DNA of 62,311 nucleotides, the filler included. It is 4 parts of 4 records of this genome, joined end to end, with 100 filler letters (N's around TTAATTAATTAA, not from the genome) between each part and the next. Parts side by side here need not be neighbours in the genome. Positions count along the whole stretch, not along the records: positions 12,719 to 35,042 come from DRR378314_446; 3 more parts are not named here. One strand, written 5' to 3'. Shown piece after piece: positions 20,054-28,717 of this stretch (its first letter is position 1; each line of letters opens with the position of its first letter). Under the pieces are notes generated by a model that searched no databases, was not told where the DNA came from, and saw only the letters and a list, made by a program, of their open reading frames with translations. A program made the translations under genes and the position numbers.

Positions 20054-20698
20054 TGAATCTAAGAAACGTTAACTTGTTATTACTACTGGCATTTTTATTG
20101 TCCTCTACAGTTTTTGCCCAAAAGAGCGATGTGTATAATGATTCTCTTACATCTAAAAAGACAGATTTGGCATTGTCCAAGATTCAAGTAATTCCTATAA
20201 ATGATTCAAAGACAAAAAGAGCATCCGAAATATCAAAGTGGCGAGGCATTGAATCATTTAAATTTTATTCAAAATGATGTGATCAAGTACGTTGAAGAAA
20301 AGTATAGAACTAAACCTAATAGCCGAACGTATTTTGGATATTCACTTGGAGGAACATTTGGGGCCTACATATTGTTAACACAACCTTCAACCTTCAAAAA
20401 CTACATACTCGGTAGCCCAGAAACGTTATTGGACGATTCTTTTATTTATAACTATGATTTTAATACTGTTCCAGAAATACATGATGTAGAGATCAATATT
20501 TTTATATCCACTGGAGAATTGGAAAGAGAAGATTTAATTGAACAAGCTAAAGGCCTTGTTACCATGATAAATAAATCTAAACACAAAAATACATCGTTGG
20601 AATACGAGGTTATAAAGTCCGCCGATCACGGAAAGGCTTTCCCAATAGCTGCTGTTAAAAGCATATATTGGCTAGCTGAATGTAATAAAGAGAACTAA
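20053..20698 (+). pseudogene. IroE/BesA-like esterase with internal deletion and frameshift
   Basis: Signal peptide in one frame from ATG 20053; GYSLGG catalytic half in another frame from about 20222. Confidence 0.7.
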
Positions 20699-20834
20699 AT
20701 AAGATGTTTCCATTAATATCAATACGCAATGCGGGCGTATGTAAAGTAATTATGTTTTATAAAAAGCAACCCACCAGTGCTCAATAATTCGGTTAGTCAC
20801 AAAAAATAGGCAGGGCAAAAGCTTACAAATTTAA

Positions 20835-20859
20835 GGGGTGGCGAATGGAGTTCGAACCC
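20835..20859 (-). mobile_element. Isolated tRNA-His 3' fragment, probable att site of an integrative island
   Basis: Minus strand GGGTTCGAACTCCATTCGCCACCCC resembles a tRNA-His T-arm plus acceptor 3' strand; no D or anticodon arm upstream. Confidence 0.7.
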
Positions 20860-21065
20860 TATCGCAATCACTAGTATTATTAAGGGTTGAGACGTTATTA
20901 TATGGTCTTGGCCCTTTTTTTATTGCGCAGAAACTAATAGGGAATAGTATATCCTAGTTGCAATAAACATCGACCATTTGCTCTTGAACCATCAGATTTT
21001 TAATGGAAAAACACCAACTGTAACAAAACGGAATACGTATCCTCTTTGTACAAAATCAATCAAAA

Positions 21066-21164
21066 ATGAAGAAAATAATTTTTACTGCCTTTTTGGTATT
21101 CCCGTTCATTCTTTTTTCCCAAAACTGTGATTGTGAATCAAATTTTAATTGGGAACTCATCTAA
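21066..21164 (+). pseudogene. N-terminal fragment of a secreted protein (S41 peptidase-like start)
   Basis: MKKIIFTAFLVFPFILFSQNCDCESNFNWELI*: signal peptide plus CDC motif, then premature stop. Confidence 0.5.
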
Positions 21165-21287
21165 ACCTTTAGGATTGAAGTGAAAATTAGTCAACTTATT
21201 CCCAGTTGTAGTTTTTTCGAGATGCATAGCAGAGCTACCGAATCCCTTGGTACCGGAATCAAAGAGAATAGATTGCTGTCATACAGG

Positions 21288-21584
21288 TTATGAAAAGGTT
21301 ATTTCTTCGGTATTGATATCAAAGCTTTCCTGTTCCAAGGTAGCGCCTACATAGGCTATAATGTCTCTTTTGGACAATGTGGATCGATATTCTAACCTGG
21401 TGTGGATGTTTTCGGCGTAGCAAAGGTTGCTTTCCACGGTACTACCTTCCATATAGGGTATGTCCAAATGCAGGGACAAACGCTGGATAAACTTCTTTTT
21501 GATTTTAAGGGTCAACAATTGATTTCTGGTATACACCGATTGATTCGACTTTTTGACAAAAATATCTGAAAGCTTAACCTTCAT
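21288..21584 (-). CDS. Small hypothetical protein coupled to the truncated globin gene
   Basis: ATG 21584 overlaps the globin 3' end; single Cys in NLCYAE. Confidence 0.55.
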   Translation of the reverse strand: MKVKLSDIFVKKSNQSVYTRNQLLTLKIKKKFIQRLSLHLDIPYMEGSTVESNLCYAENIHTRLEYRSTLSKRDIIAYVGATLEQESFDINTEEITFS

Positions 21585-21975
21585 GGAACCTTTTTCGTTT
21601 GTTGTGTTGAAAATAATCAATTTTTAATTGAAACATTTCAGCCATTTTTTCTGCTCTAAACTTAGCTTCTAGGGCTTTATCGCCATAAAAATTTTCATCA
21701 ATGGTCTCAAAAAATAAAAGCTTCCAACGATCAAAATGATCGCCATGGACCGGGAGCTTAGCATGAGGTGCAAAAGGACTCCCTTGATAGGTGTGCTCTT
21801 GTAATAGGACGGTTTGCCAAAAGCGATACATTTTTTCCAAATGGGCGGGCCAATTATCTTGGATTACCCTGTTGAAAATGTCGGCCAATAGGTCGTCTTT
21901 CCGGACCTTTTCATAAAAGAGGTCTACCAATTGCTTTATTTCTTCCAAGCTTTTGATTTCCTTCTGCTGTGGCAT
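21574..21975 (-). CDS. Group III truncated hemoglobin
   Basis: LVDLFYEKVRKD, WPAHLEKMYRFW, YQGSPFAPH, HFDRW. Confidence 0.93.
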   Translation of the reverse strand: MPQQKEIKSLEEIKQLVDLFYEKVRKDDLLADIFNRVIQDNWPAHLEKMYRFWQTVLLQEHTYQGSPFAPHAKLPVHGDHFDRWKLLFFETIDENFYGDKALEAKFRAEKMAEMFQLKIDYFQHNKRKRFHEG

Positions 21976-22003
21976 TTTTATTGGTTCTTGTATAATAAGT
22001 GGA

Positions 22004-22351
22004 TTAAAAAATATGGGCAATAATTACCAAAGTACTGAATACGATACTTAAAATCAAAAGATTAAACGTGATCAATGGTTTTAACTGGGCCAATACAGCT
22101 CCGTTAAATGCCATACAGAATATGGTAACAAAAAAGAGGATTGTCATTTTTAAGGCCATCTCCATATCTCCCATTAAGAGCAACATGGCGGCTGCTGAAC
22201 CGAGGCAACTTTGCCCTATAATGGCAATGGTAGAATAACCCAATTGCCTTTTTTTGAACTCATTGAACGTTTGTCCGTAAATATTTTTTATTCCATTTGT
22301 TTTGGGTTCAGTTCCAGAATGGGTCATTGAAAGTGTTGTTGAATTTTCCAT
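22004..22351 (-). CDS. Small three-helix membrane protein, hypothetical
   Basis: IIGQSCLGSAAAM plus two more hydrophobic helices; lies between ric and the globin. Confidence 0.75.
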   Translation of the reverse strand: MENSTTLSMTHSGTEPKTNGIKNIYGQTFNEFKKRQLGYSTIAIIGQSCLGSAAAMLLLMGDMEMALKMTILFFVTIFCMAFNGAVLAQLKPLITFNLLILSIVFSTLVIIAHIF

Positions 22352-22428
22352 TATTGTGTGTTTTTGTATTATGATATTTTTTCTGAGGCACACCAAATAG
22401 TTTACTGGATGTGCCTCACCTATTAAAA

Positions 22429-23148
22429 TCAGTTGCTTAATACGTTGTTTTCCAAAATTTCAGCCTTGGGAAATAGAATGTTATTCTCCAAATGAATATG
22501 ACGATGGAGGTCTTCCTCAAATTCCTGCAATAGCGAGAAAGCTACCCGATAGGTGTTACATGCATCTGCCGGAGGCGTATAATCATTACTCAATGCAGCT
22601 ATTTTTCGGAAACGCTCACCTTCATTGTCGTGTTCCTCCATCATCATTTTGATAGGACTTTTTACGGTTTCAAAATGCGGGTGTTCAAAATTTGCAGGAT
22701 TATTTACCATTTTACGTATCCAAGGGAATAGCACCAGTTCTTCTTTTTTCATATGCATGGCCAGTTCACCCGCGGATGCATTGAAATGTTCAAAAATGTC
22801 GAGCAGTTTAGGATGACGTGCTCCGTGTACCTTGCAAAGTTTGGTCAGGTATTGCTTCAAGATCGGGATTTGTTGCTCCACATAACGATGGTGCTTTTTT
22901 TCGATATAGTCGATCAATAGGTCTAACGGCCAGGTTTTAAAATCAGGTTGGTCACCTTCGTCTTGATTTTGTATTGTATCAAGTTCTTCAATGAGGCTGT
23001 CCAAATTCAAGCCTTTCTTTTCTGTAACTTCTTGTAGCGTACGGTTGCCTTTACAGCAGAAATCTATTTTGTAATTTTTGAAAATCTGGGCAGTTCGGTA
23101 ATCCTCTGCTACCATTTGCCCTATTGTTTTATCCAAGGTATCGTTCAT
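22429..23148 (-). CDS. ric: Iron-sulfur cluster repair di-iron protein (RIC/YtfE/ScdA)
   Basis: IDFCCKG, HHRY, HMKKEE, EHD, HIHLENNILFP. Confidence 0.96.
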   Translation of the reverse strand: MNDTLDKTIGQMVAEDYRTAQIFKNYKIDFCCKGNRTLQEVTEKKGLNLDSLIEELDTIQNQDEGDQPDFKTWPLDLLIDYIEKKHHRYVEQQIPILKQYLTKLCKVHGARHPKLLDIFEHFNASAGELAMHMKKEELVLFPWIRKMVNNPANFEHPHFETVKSPIKMMMEEHDNEGERFRKIAALSNDYTPPADACNTYRVAFSLLQEFEEDLHRHIHLENNILFPKAEILENNVLSN

Positions 23149-23175
23149 AATAAATGATTTTAAATATATTCTCAT

Positions 23176-23200
23176 TAATCGGACAAAAATGTCCTTTATT
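23176..23200. promoter_or_regulatory. Putative Rrf2 operator upstream of ric
   Basis: Palindrome GGACA-AAAA-TGTCC at 23181-23194. Confidence 0.7.
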
Positions 23201-23213
23201 TATTCAAATTTTT

Positions 23214-23651
23214 TTATCGTTTCAAATAGGTCAACCCAACCTCCAATCCCGTGGCCAGTTCAAATAAACTGGTACTTTTTAGCATTTTGCTCAAATCGGT
23301 ACGGATATCAACGAATTTGTCGTGCAAGGGGCAGGGTTTCTGGGCATTACATTCTTTGAGTCCCAGACCACAACCTACATAAATCTTGTCACCATCAATG
23401 GCTTTGACTATCATGTTCAACTTTACCGCATCCATATCTTCCCGAGCAATTTCAAACCCACCAGTGGGCCCTTTAACGGAGTGGATAATGTTGTTCCTAG
23501 AGAGTTGTTGCAAAATTTTGGCCGTGAAAGCTATGGGCGAATCTATTTCCTCAGCAATTTCATTGACACTGACACGTCTTCCATCCAAGGAACGCAGCGC
23601 AATATAAACCGCTGCCCGAATACCATATTCACAGGCTTTTGAAAACATCAT
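23214..23651 (-). CDS. Rrf2 family transcriptional regulator
   Basis: FSKACEYGIRA, SVKGPTGGF, C-x5-C-x5-C-xx-H Fe-S ligand pattern. Confidence 0.94.
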   Translation of the reverse strand: MMFSKACEYGIRAAVYIALRSLDGRRVSVNEIAEEIDSPIAFTAKILQQLSRNNIIHSVKGPTGGFEIAREDMDAVKLNMIVKAIDGDKIYVGCGLGLKECNAQKPCPLHDKFVDIRTDLSKMLKSTSLFELATGLEVGLTYLKR

Positions 23652-23668
23652 AGGGAACTTTTATTGTA

Positions 23669-23712
23669 CAAAGATAAGACTAAAAATTTAATTCGGACAA
23701 AAATGTCTTTTA
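23669..23712 (-). promoter_or_regulatory. Bacteroidota -7 promoter box plus putative Rrf2 operator
   Basis: Minus strand TATCTTTG (TAnnTTTG) at 23669-23676; GGACA-AAAA-TGTCT at 23695-23708. Confidence 0.7.
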
Positions 23713-23791
23713 TTATTTTTTAAAAGTTGTTTTGAACGAAATCAAATATACGGCATTGTAGGGGAGGTCGCATAGGCTCATGCAAAAAAAC

Positions 23792-25012
23792 TTAATTGGA
23801 GGCTCGGTTTTCTATGAGCATCATTGCAATCCCCGAAGGAATTAAAAGAGAGAGCAGCGCCAAGATTTCTAAATGTCCATTGAAGATGTTCCACTGCTGC
23901 CAAGCAGCCATACCTCTATAAAAAATGAGCGCTTCGGTGAGAAGGAACCCCAAAAAATACCATACGTAAGATTTCTTCGATATTGGAAATAACGTAAAAT
24001 AATCCATGAAAAAGAATAAACCAATACTGATGATGCCCAGAAAGGTCAAATGCAGATACCCAATGGTCAGATCAAGATAGTTGTTCGCCATGTTGGCAAA
24101 ATAGGGGAGAGCGGTCAAAAGTTGCAATACTATTTTGATCATTAATAAAAACAGAACTGACTTAAACATTAGAAATTGCACCTTCGAAAAAGATAAGTTA
24201 TCAATCTTATTCTTAAATATGCTCCATAACACGGAAAAGGCATAAAGCTGTGCCAAAGCTCCCAGACCTGCCAACACATAGAACCAGAACGAAGGTTTTG
24301 TCCAAAGCGTGGACAAGAAAAAGGTGAGCACAACCCCCACATTTAGACTTATAAAAAAGCGAGCGAAGGTTTTTGCGGGAATTTCAAGACCGCGCTGTTC
24401 CCAAACATAGATGAAAAGCCCTACCAAGGCCAATATCATCCAGCCATTGTATTGAAAATGGAGGTAAAAATATATCGCCAACCGGTACCAAATGGATTGA
24501 GCTCCCAAACTGTTCATGATCGCTCCCAAGGCCCAAGGTCCCAAACTGGAGATTACCATATAGATCAGAGCCGCTTTAGCACATTGCAATCCTTTGCTGT
24601 GCCTGTATTTTGGGTTGATGTTTTTCCAGAAATGGTAAACGTAGACATACGACACGATCAGGAACAGGGTAGAAAAAATAATGGAAAACAGCGCATATCC
24701 TTGAAAAGGGAAGGTCACTAACATACCCACCAAGGTGGCTTGCGTACACCAAAATATACGTTTGTACCTTCTGCTGGACGCATCCTTATCCACAAAACAA
24801 TAATGCAACAAGGTAGTTAGGGCCACATAAACCCAACCCAAGAGGGCTATATGGGAATGGGCATGGACAACAAACCTGTAGTTAAAATCAAAAGCGAAAA
24901 TAGGGTAGGAGCGCAACAGCAACCCCAATAGGGCCGCCACAAGAAAGTAAATCACGGCAATTAGGATATGCAATTGATACGACTGATGCTTCACTTTGTG
25001 TTGTTTGGGCAC
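23792..25012 (-). CDS. Polytopic membrane protein with three His-bearing helices (NnrS / heme-copper oxidase subunit I-like)
   Basis: About 12 TM segments; HAHSHIALLGW, YLHFQYNGW, YLHLTFLG. Confidence 0.7.
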   Translation of the reverse strand: MPKQHKVKHQSYQLHILIAVIYFLVAALLGLLLRSYPIFAFDFNYRFVVHAHSHIALLGWVYVALTTLLHYCFVDKDASSRRYKRIFWCTQATLVGMLVTFPFQGYALFSIIFSTLFLIVSYVYVYHFWKNINPKYRHSKGLQCAKAALIYMVISSLGPWALGAIMNSLGAQSIWYRLAIYFYLHFQYNGWMILALVGLFIYVWEQRGLEIPAKTFARFFISLNVGVVLTFFLSTLWTKPSFWFYVLAGLGALAQLYAFSVLWSIFKNKIDNLSFSKVQFLMFKSVLFLLMIKIVLQLLTALPYFANMANNYLDLTIGYLHLTFLGIISIGLFFFMDYFTLFPISKKSYVWYFLGFLLTEALIFYRGMAAWQQWNIFNGHLEILALLSLLIPSGIAMMLIENRASN

Positions 25013-25028
25013 ATTACGCTGGTCAAGA

Positions 25029-25811
25029 TCAAAAATCTTTTTTTCTTGCTTTATAGTTCAAACCCAAGATAGGCAGAATGGTCCATAATAAAAGAATTGC
25101 CATGGAAATAAAAAAACCAAGATCCGTCCCAAAAAACTTTTTAAAAATGGCACCGGTATACCCCAAAAGGGCAGAGATATCCAATTTAAGGAGAATCAAT
25201 ATGCGGGAAAGATCTATTGGATTTAGCGCAGTGGCCACCATGGAAAAGGTATCCAAAGGGTATTCTTCAAACACAATCAGTGACATCAAAAACAATCCAT
25301 CATAAACCACTGCCAAGAAAAGCCAAAGCAATACGGCATATCCAAATCCTTTTATCTTGTTTTCGTTGGATATGGCAATCACAAAGGAAAGTCCCACAAA
25401 AATAAAGGTCAAAAAGGTCCCTGTGATCAGTAAAAGGGAAAAATCAAAAATAGCATTGCTTCGCAAAAGTCCATACAGCACAAATGGAATCCCCAGCCCT
25501 AACACCAGACTTAGCGTCAACGAACCTGCCACACCAAAATATTGTCCCATAAAAATAGAACTACGTTTTATAGGCTGCGCCAATAGGAGCTCGGTAAATT
25601 CCCGGGAATTGTAGTAGTACATCACTCCAAAAATGGTGCCTATCAAAGGAATCAGGACAATGATCACGTTCATTAAGGTAATCACGGCCTTGGATACATC
25701 GTTGTTCAAGAACAACAGCACAAATCCAAGGGCAAGGTAAAACAGAAAATACACGTAGCTCCATCGGCTTCGTATCAAATCGTAAAAACTGTATTTTAAT
25801 ATTTTAAGCAT
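25029..25811 (-). CDS. nosY: NosY ABC permease
   Basis: ELLLAQPIKR, LNPIDLSRI; follows nosF. Confidence 0.9.
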   Translation of the reverse strand: MLKILKYSFYDLIRSRWSYVYFLFYLALGFVLLFLNNDVSKAVITLMNVIIVLIPLIGTIFGVMYYYNSREFTELLLAQPIKRSSIFMGQYFGVAGSLTLSLVLGLGIPFVLYGLLRSNAIFDFSLLLITGTFLTFIFVGLSFVIAISNENKIKGFGYAVLLWLFLAVVYDGLFLMSLIVFEEYPLDTFSMVATALNPIDLSRILILLKLDISALLGYTGAIFKKFFGTDLGFFISMAILLLWTILPILGLNYKARKKDF

Positions 25812-26514
25812 GGCTACCCGTTGTTATGGCCGCAATGGCGTGTTCAAAATTGGTTTGTTTGGTCTGTTCCAATAGTTTTTGGATACTTCCTTTAAAATAA
25901 ATTTCCCCCTCCAGTAGGTATAGGATTTCATCGGCCATTTCTTCCACAAATTGCATAATGTGCGAAGTGATCAAAATCGTCTTGCCATTGTTTTTTTCTT
26001 TTAAAATCAACTCTTTTAAGCGAATCAATGCTCTGGGATCCAAACCAGTCGTAGGTTCATCCAAAATAATCAAGGGACTATCGAACATAAAGGTCAATAC
26101 AATGTTCACTTTTTGCTTGGTACCCCCAGATAGAGTGGATAGTTTTTTGTTCAAAAAAGGTTCCAATCCAAAAAGTTCGATAAGCTCTGCTTCGGTACTT
26201 GGGGCGTTTCTCAGATCCTTGATCATGTTGATCAATTCCTTGACCTTGATATTCGGAGGGAAATTGGCAATCTGGGGCAGGTAGTCGATTTTTTTGCGGT
26301 ACTTCCACCCTTTTTTAATGGATTGTTCCAACACGGATATTTCTCCTTTGTCGGGAATTACCATACCCAGAATACTCTTGATCAAGGTGGTTTTTCCCGA
26401 ACCGTTCGGACCAAGGATGGCATAAATGCGGCCCTTGTCAATATTTAGATCTATTCCTTTCAATACTTGGTTTTTACCAAATTGCTTATGCAGATTGTCT
26501 ATTTCAATGGTCAT
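25804..26514 (-). CDS. nosF: NosF ABC ATPase
   Basis: GPNGSGKT, LSGG, ILDEPTTGLD; between nosD and nosY. Confidence 0.92.
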   Translation of the reverse strand: MTIEIDNLHKQFGKNQVLKGIDLNIDKGRIYAILGPNGSGKTTLIKSILGMVIPDKGEISVLEQSIKKGWKYRKKIDYLPQIANFPPNIKVKELINMIKDLRNAPSTEAELIELFGLEPFLNKKLSTLSGGTKQKVNIVLTFMFDSPLIILDEPTTGLDPRALIRLKELILKEKNNGKTILITSHIMQFVEEMADEILYLLEGEIYFKGSIQKLLEQTKQTNFEHAIAAITTGSHA

Positions 26515-27761
26515 GGTCGTATTTTCATTAAGGGTTGGGCATCTTTTAAATTATCGGGCGTAAAAACTGGGGATACCCGTTCGGAAAAATCAATAATATC
26601 CATGAACAGGCTCCGTAAAAGTACAATGGTCTCGGGGGTGCGGTTTACCACATAGGAAAACAACTTGACTGGGCGGTAAGGGACATCCCCAACACCGTCT
26701 TTGTCCAGATCATAACCCGTGTAGCTACTCCAAAAGTTACCCTCGAACACATTATCGTTTAGTTTGCTGTTGTAGGAGATATCAAAAGAGTTGTACAAAA
26801 AATTGTTGCCCTTAAAACTATTGGTATAGCATGCTCCAACCACTCGTATGGCCCACCCATTGCCTATAAAATCGTTATTGGTATATTGGATTCGGTTAGA
26901 TCCCTCGATATTAATACCGATGGTGTTTTCCTCAAAAATATTCCCAACAATTTCTGCATCAGTGATTTCTTTCAAAAGCATGCCGTAGGCCGCGGTGCCC
27001 CAATTCTTGCGAAAAGTGTTGTTTTTCATGGTGATGAACTTGGAGAACATCACGGCAACTCCGGCACCGTTGTTTTCGAATGTGTTGCGGGTATACACAT
27101 CATGGTTGGAAAACATAAAATGGAGTCCATAGCGGAGGTTGTCCATGCTCACATTATCGGAGATGGTGATTCGGTCGGAAAACTCCAGATAGATACCATC
27201 CCGAGTACCCTGGACGTGGTTTTTGGACACTTCTACGTCCGAGGAATACCACAGTTGAATCCCATTGCCCGAGTTATATTCGTCCACAGCTTCGCCAATA
27301 ATTCTATTGTGGTAGACCTTGCCGTGTGATGATTTTTCCAAATAGATACCAAAGAACAATTGCTCCAACACCATATTCTGAATGAGGAAATTTTTGCTTT
27401 GCACCACCCGTATGGCCGCGTTGTCCTTGGTGTAGCTCACCCCTACATTGATGACGAACAGCCCATCCAACGTAACATCATCCGATGTGATCCTAAAGAT
27501 TTCCCCCTTTTTTTCGCCATCAACAATGGGGTAACCAATCCCTTTGATGACCAAGGGCTTGTCCACCAAAATCTCAAATTCTTTGTATGTGCCTTTCTGA
27601 ATCAATAAGGTGTCATGGGCACTGGCTCGTTCAATGGTATTTTTAATGGAACTCTGCTCGCAAGTATTGCAGATGGTCCATGTTTTGGCCAAAACATGGT
27701 GCCCCAACAAGAATAGCAGCAGGTATAAAATATACTTTTGATGTGGATGGAATGAAAACAT
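26511..27761 (-). CDS. nosD: NosD beta-helix maturation protein
   Basis: GNGIQLW, RDGIYLE, LRYGLHFMFS, GNFWSSYTGYDLDKDGVGDVPY. Confidence 0.95.
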   Translation of the reverse strand: MFSFHPHQKYILYLLLFLLGHHVLAKTWTICNTCEQSSIKNTIERASAHDTLLIQKGTYKEFEILVDKPLVIKGIGYPIVDGEKKGEIFRITSDDVTLDGLFVINVGVSYTKDNAAIRVVQSKNFLIQNMVLEQLFFGIYLEKSSHGKVYHNRIIGEAVDEYNSGNGIQLWYSSDVEVSKNHVQGTRDGIYLEFSDRITISDNVSMDNLRYGLHFMFSNHDVYTRNTFENNGAGVAVMFSKFITMKNNTFRKNWGTAAYGMLLKEITDAEIVGNIFEENTIGINIEGSNRIQYTNNDFIGNGWAIRVVGACYTNSFKGNNFLYNSFDISYNSKLNDNVFEGNFWSSYTGYDLDKDGVGDVPYRPVKLFSYVVNRTPETIVLLRSLFMDIIDFSERVSPVFTPDNLKDAQPLMKIRP

Positions 27762-27794
27762 GAGGTGCTTGAGATTTAAAGAGCCCTTTCTTTT

Positions 27795-28274
27795 TTAATT
27801 TGTATTGGATCTATTCTGAATAAAATCATTAACTGACTTCCCTGTTATTTGGGTCACAGCAATACGATATACCACGGGCATCTCCGTTTCTTGCAACCTT
27901 CCGGAAAAATGACTTAAAAAGTGAGGGCGATCAGCATTTTTATGATCTATGGTGCGCTGTACGCCTTCCGCAAAATGTTTTAAATATTGCTTGGCGGATT
28001 CTCCCGTAAGCTCTTGAAAATTTCCATGTGCCTGTACCGATTCCCAATGGCGAAAAGACTCGATATGATCAACCTGAAAAGAGACTTTGTTATATTGTCG
28101 CAGAGCATTGATCCTATGTCCGTTGGAGGCGAAACATAAAATACTCTTTTCATCCTTATCAAAAAAATAGGTCGATGGTACCACATGGGGTTCATTGTCT
28201 GCAATATAAGCCAGACGGCCCACATAATTGTCCATTAAGAGTTTTTCACATTTTAAGGGTTCCAAATTTGTCAT
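27795..28274 (-). CDS. Pyridoxamine 5'-phosphate oxidase-like (NimA-type) flavin-binding protein
   Basis: VGRLAY...PHVVP...VSFQVD...WESV...ITGK. Confidence 0.85.
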   Translation of the reverse strand: MTNLEPLKCEKLLMDNYVGRLAYIADNEPHVVPSTYFFDKDEKSILCFASNGHRINALRQYNKVSFQVDHIESFRHWESVQAHGNFQELTGESAKQYLKHFAEGVQRTIDHKNADRPHFLSHFSGRLQETEMPVVYRIAVTQITGKSVNDFIQNRSNTN

Positions 28275-28285
28275 TGTTTTCGGTT

Positions 28286-28717
28286 TTATGGTTTGAATTG
28301 GTCCTTAATTTCTGTCCAGGTATAAAGCTCGCCCCCGTTCATATCCAAAGTATTTTGGGCAGCTTGTTGCTCAGAGAACGCACTTAGAAAAGCCCCCATG
28401 GGGCTGGGAATGTTCTCGCTGACCAGATAGGTGGCCTTTTTGGCATCCACGAGTTCCCCTGGACGGTCAAAATCATTGACCAAGAAAAGGGCCATGGTGG
28501 ATTCACCCTCATCTTTTAAATGGTTCATCATACATTCAATCGCGTCAAAATTAAAGACTTTGCCTTTCTTGGTCACCAATTGAGCGGCATGTTGTTTGTC
28601 CACTATGGTCATGCTGCAATAATGGCAACCTACATGGCCATAATCAATCGGTTTTGGGGCCACGGTGCATCCTAGACTGCCGATTAGAACAATAAATATT
28701 GCCAAGCGTTTTTTCAT
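28286..28717 (-). CDS. nosL: NosL copper chaperone lipoprotein
   Basis: Lipobox SLGC, CHYCSM, FDAIECM, PSPMG. Confidence 0.93.
   Translation of the reverse strand: MKKRLAIFIVLIGSLGCTVAPKPIDYGHVGCHYCSMTIVDKQHAAQLVTKKGKVFNFDAIECMMNHLKDEGESTMALFLVNDFDRPGELVDAKKATYLVSENIPSPMGAFLSAFSEQQAAQNTLDMNGGELYTWTEIKDQFKP

Noticed and set aside
19969..20698. Two independent CDSs, or a programmed frameshift
   Set aside because: The halves fit one esterase with a missing middle; a deletion explains this better than recoding
20790..20910. Complete tRNA gene
   Set aside because: Only the T-arm and acceptor 3' strand are present; the upstream sequence cannot form D or anticodon arms
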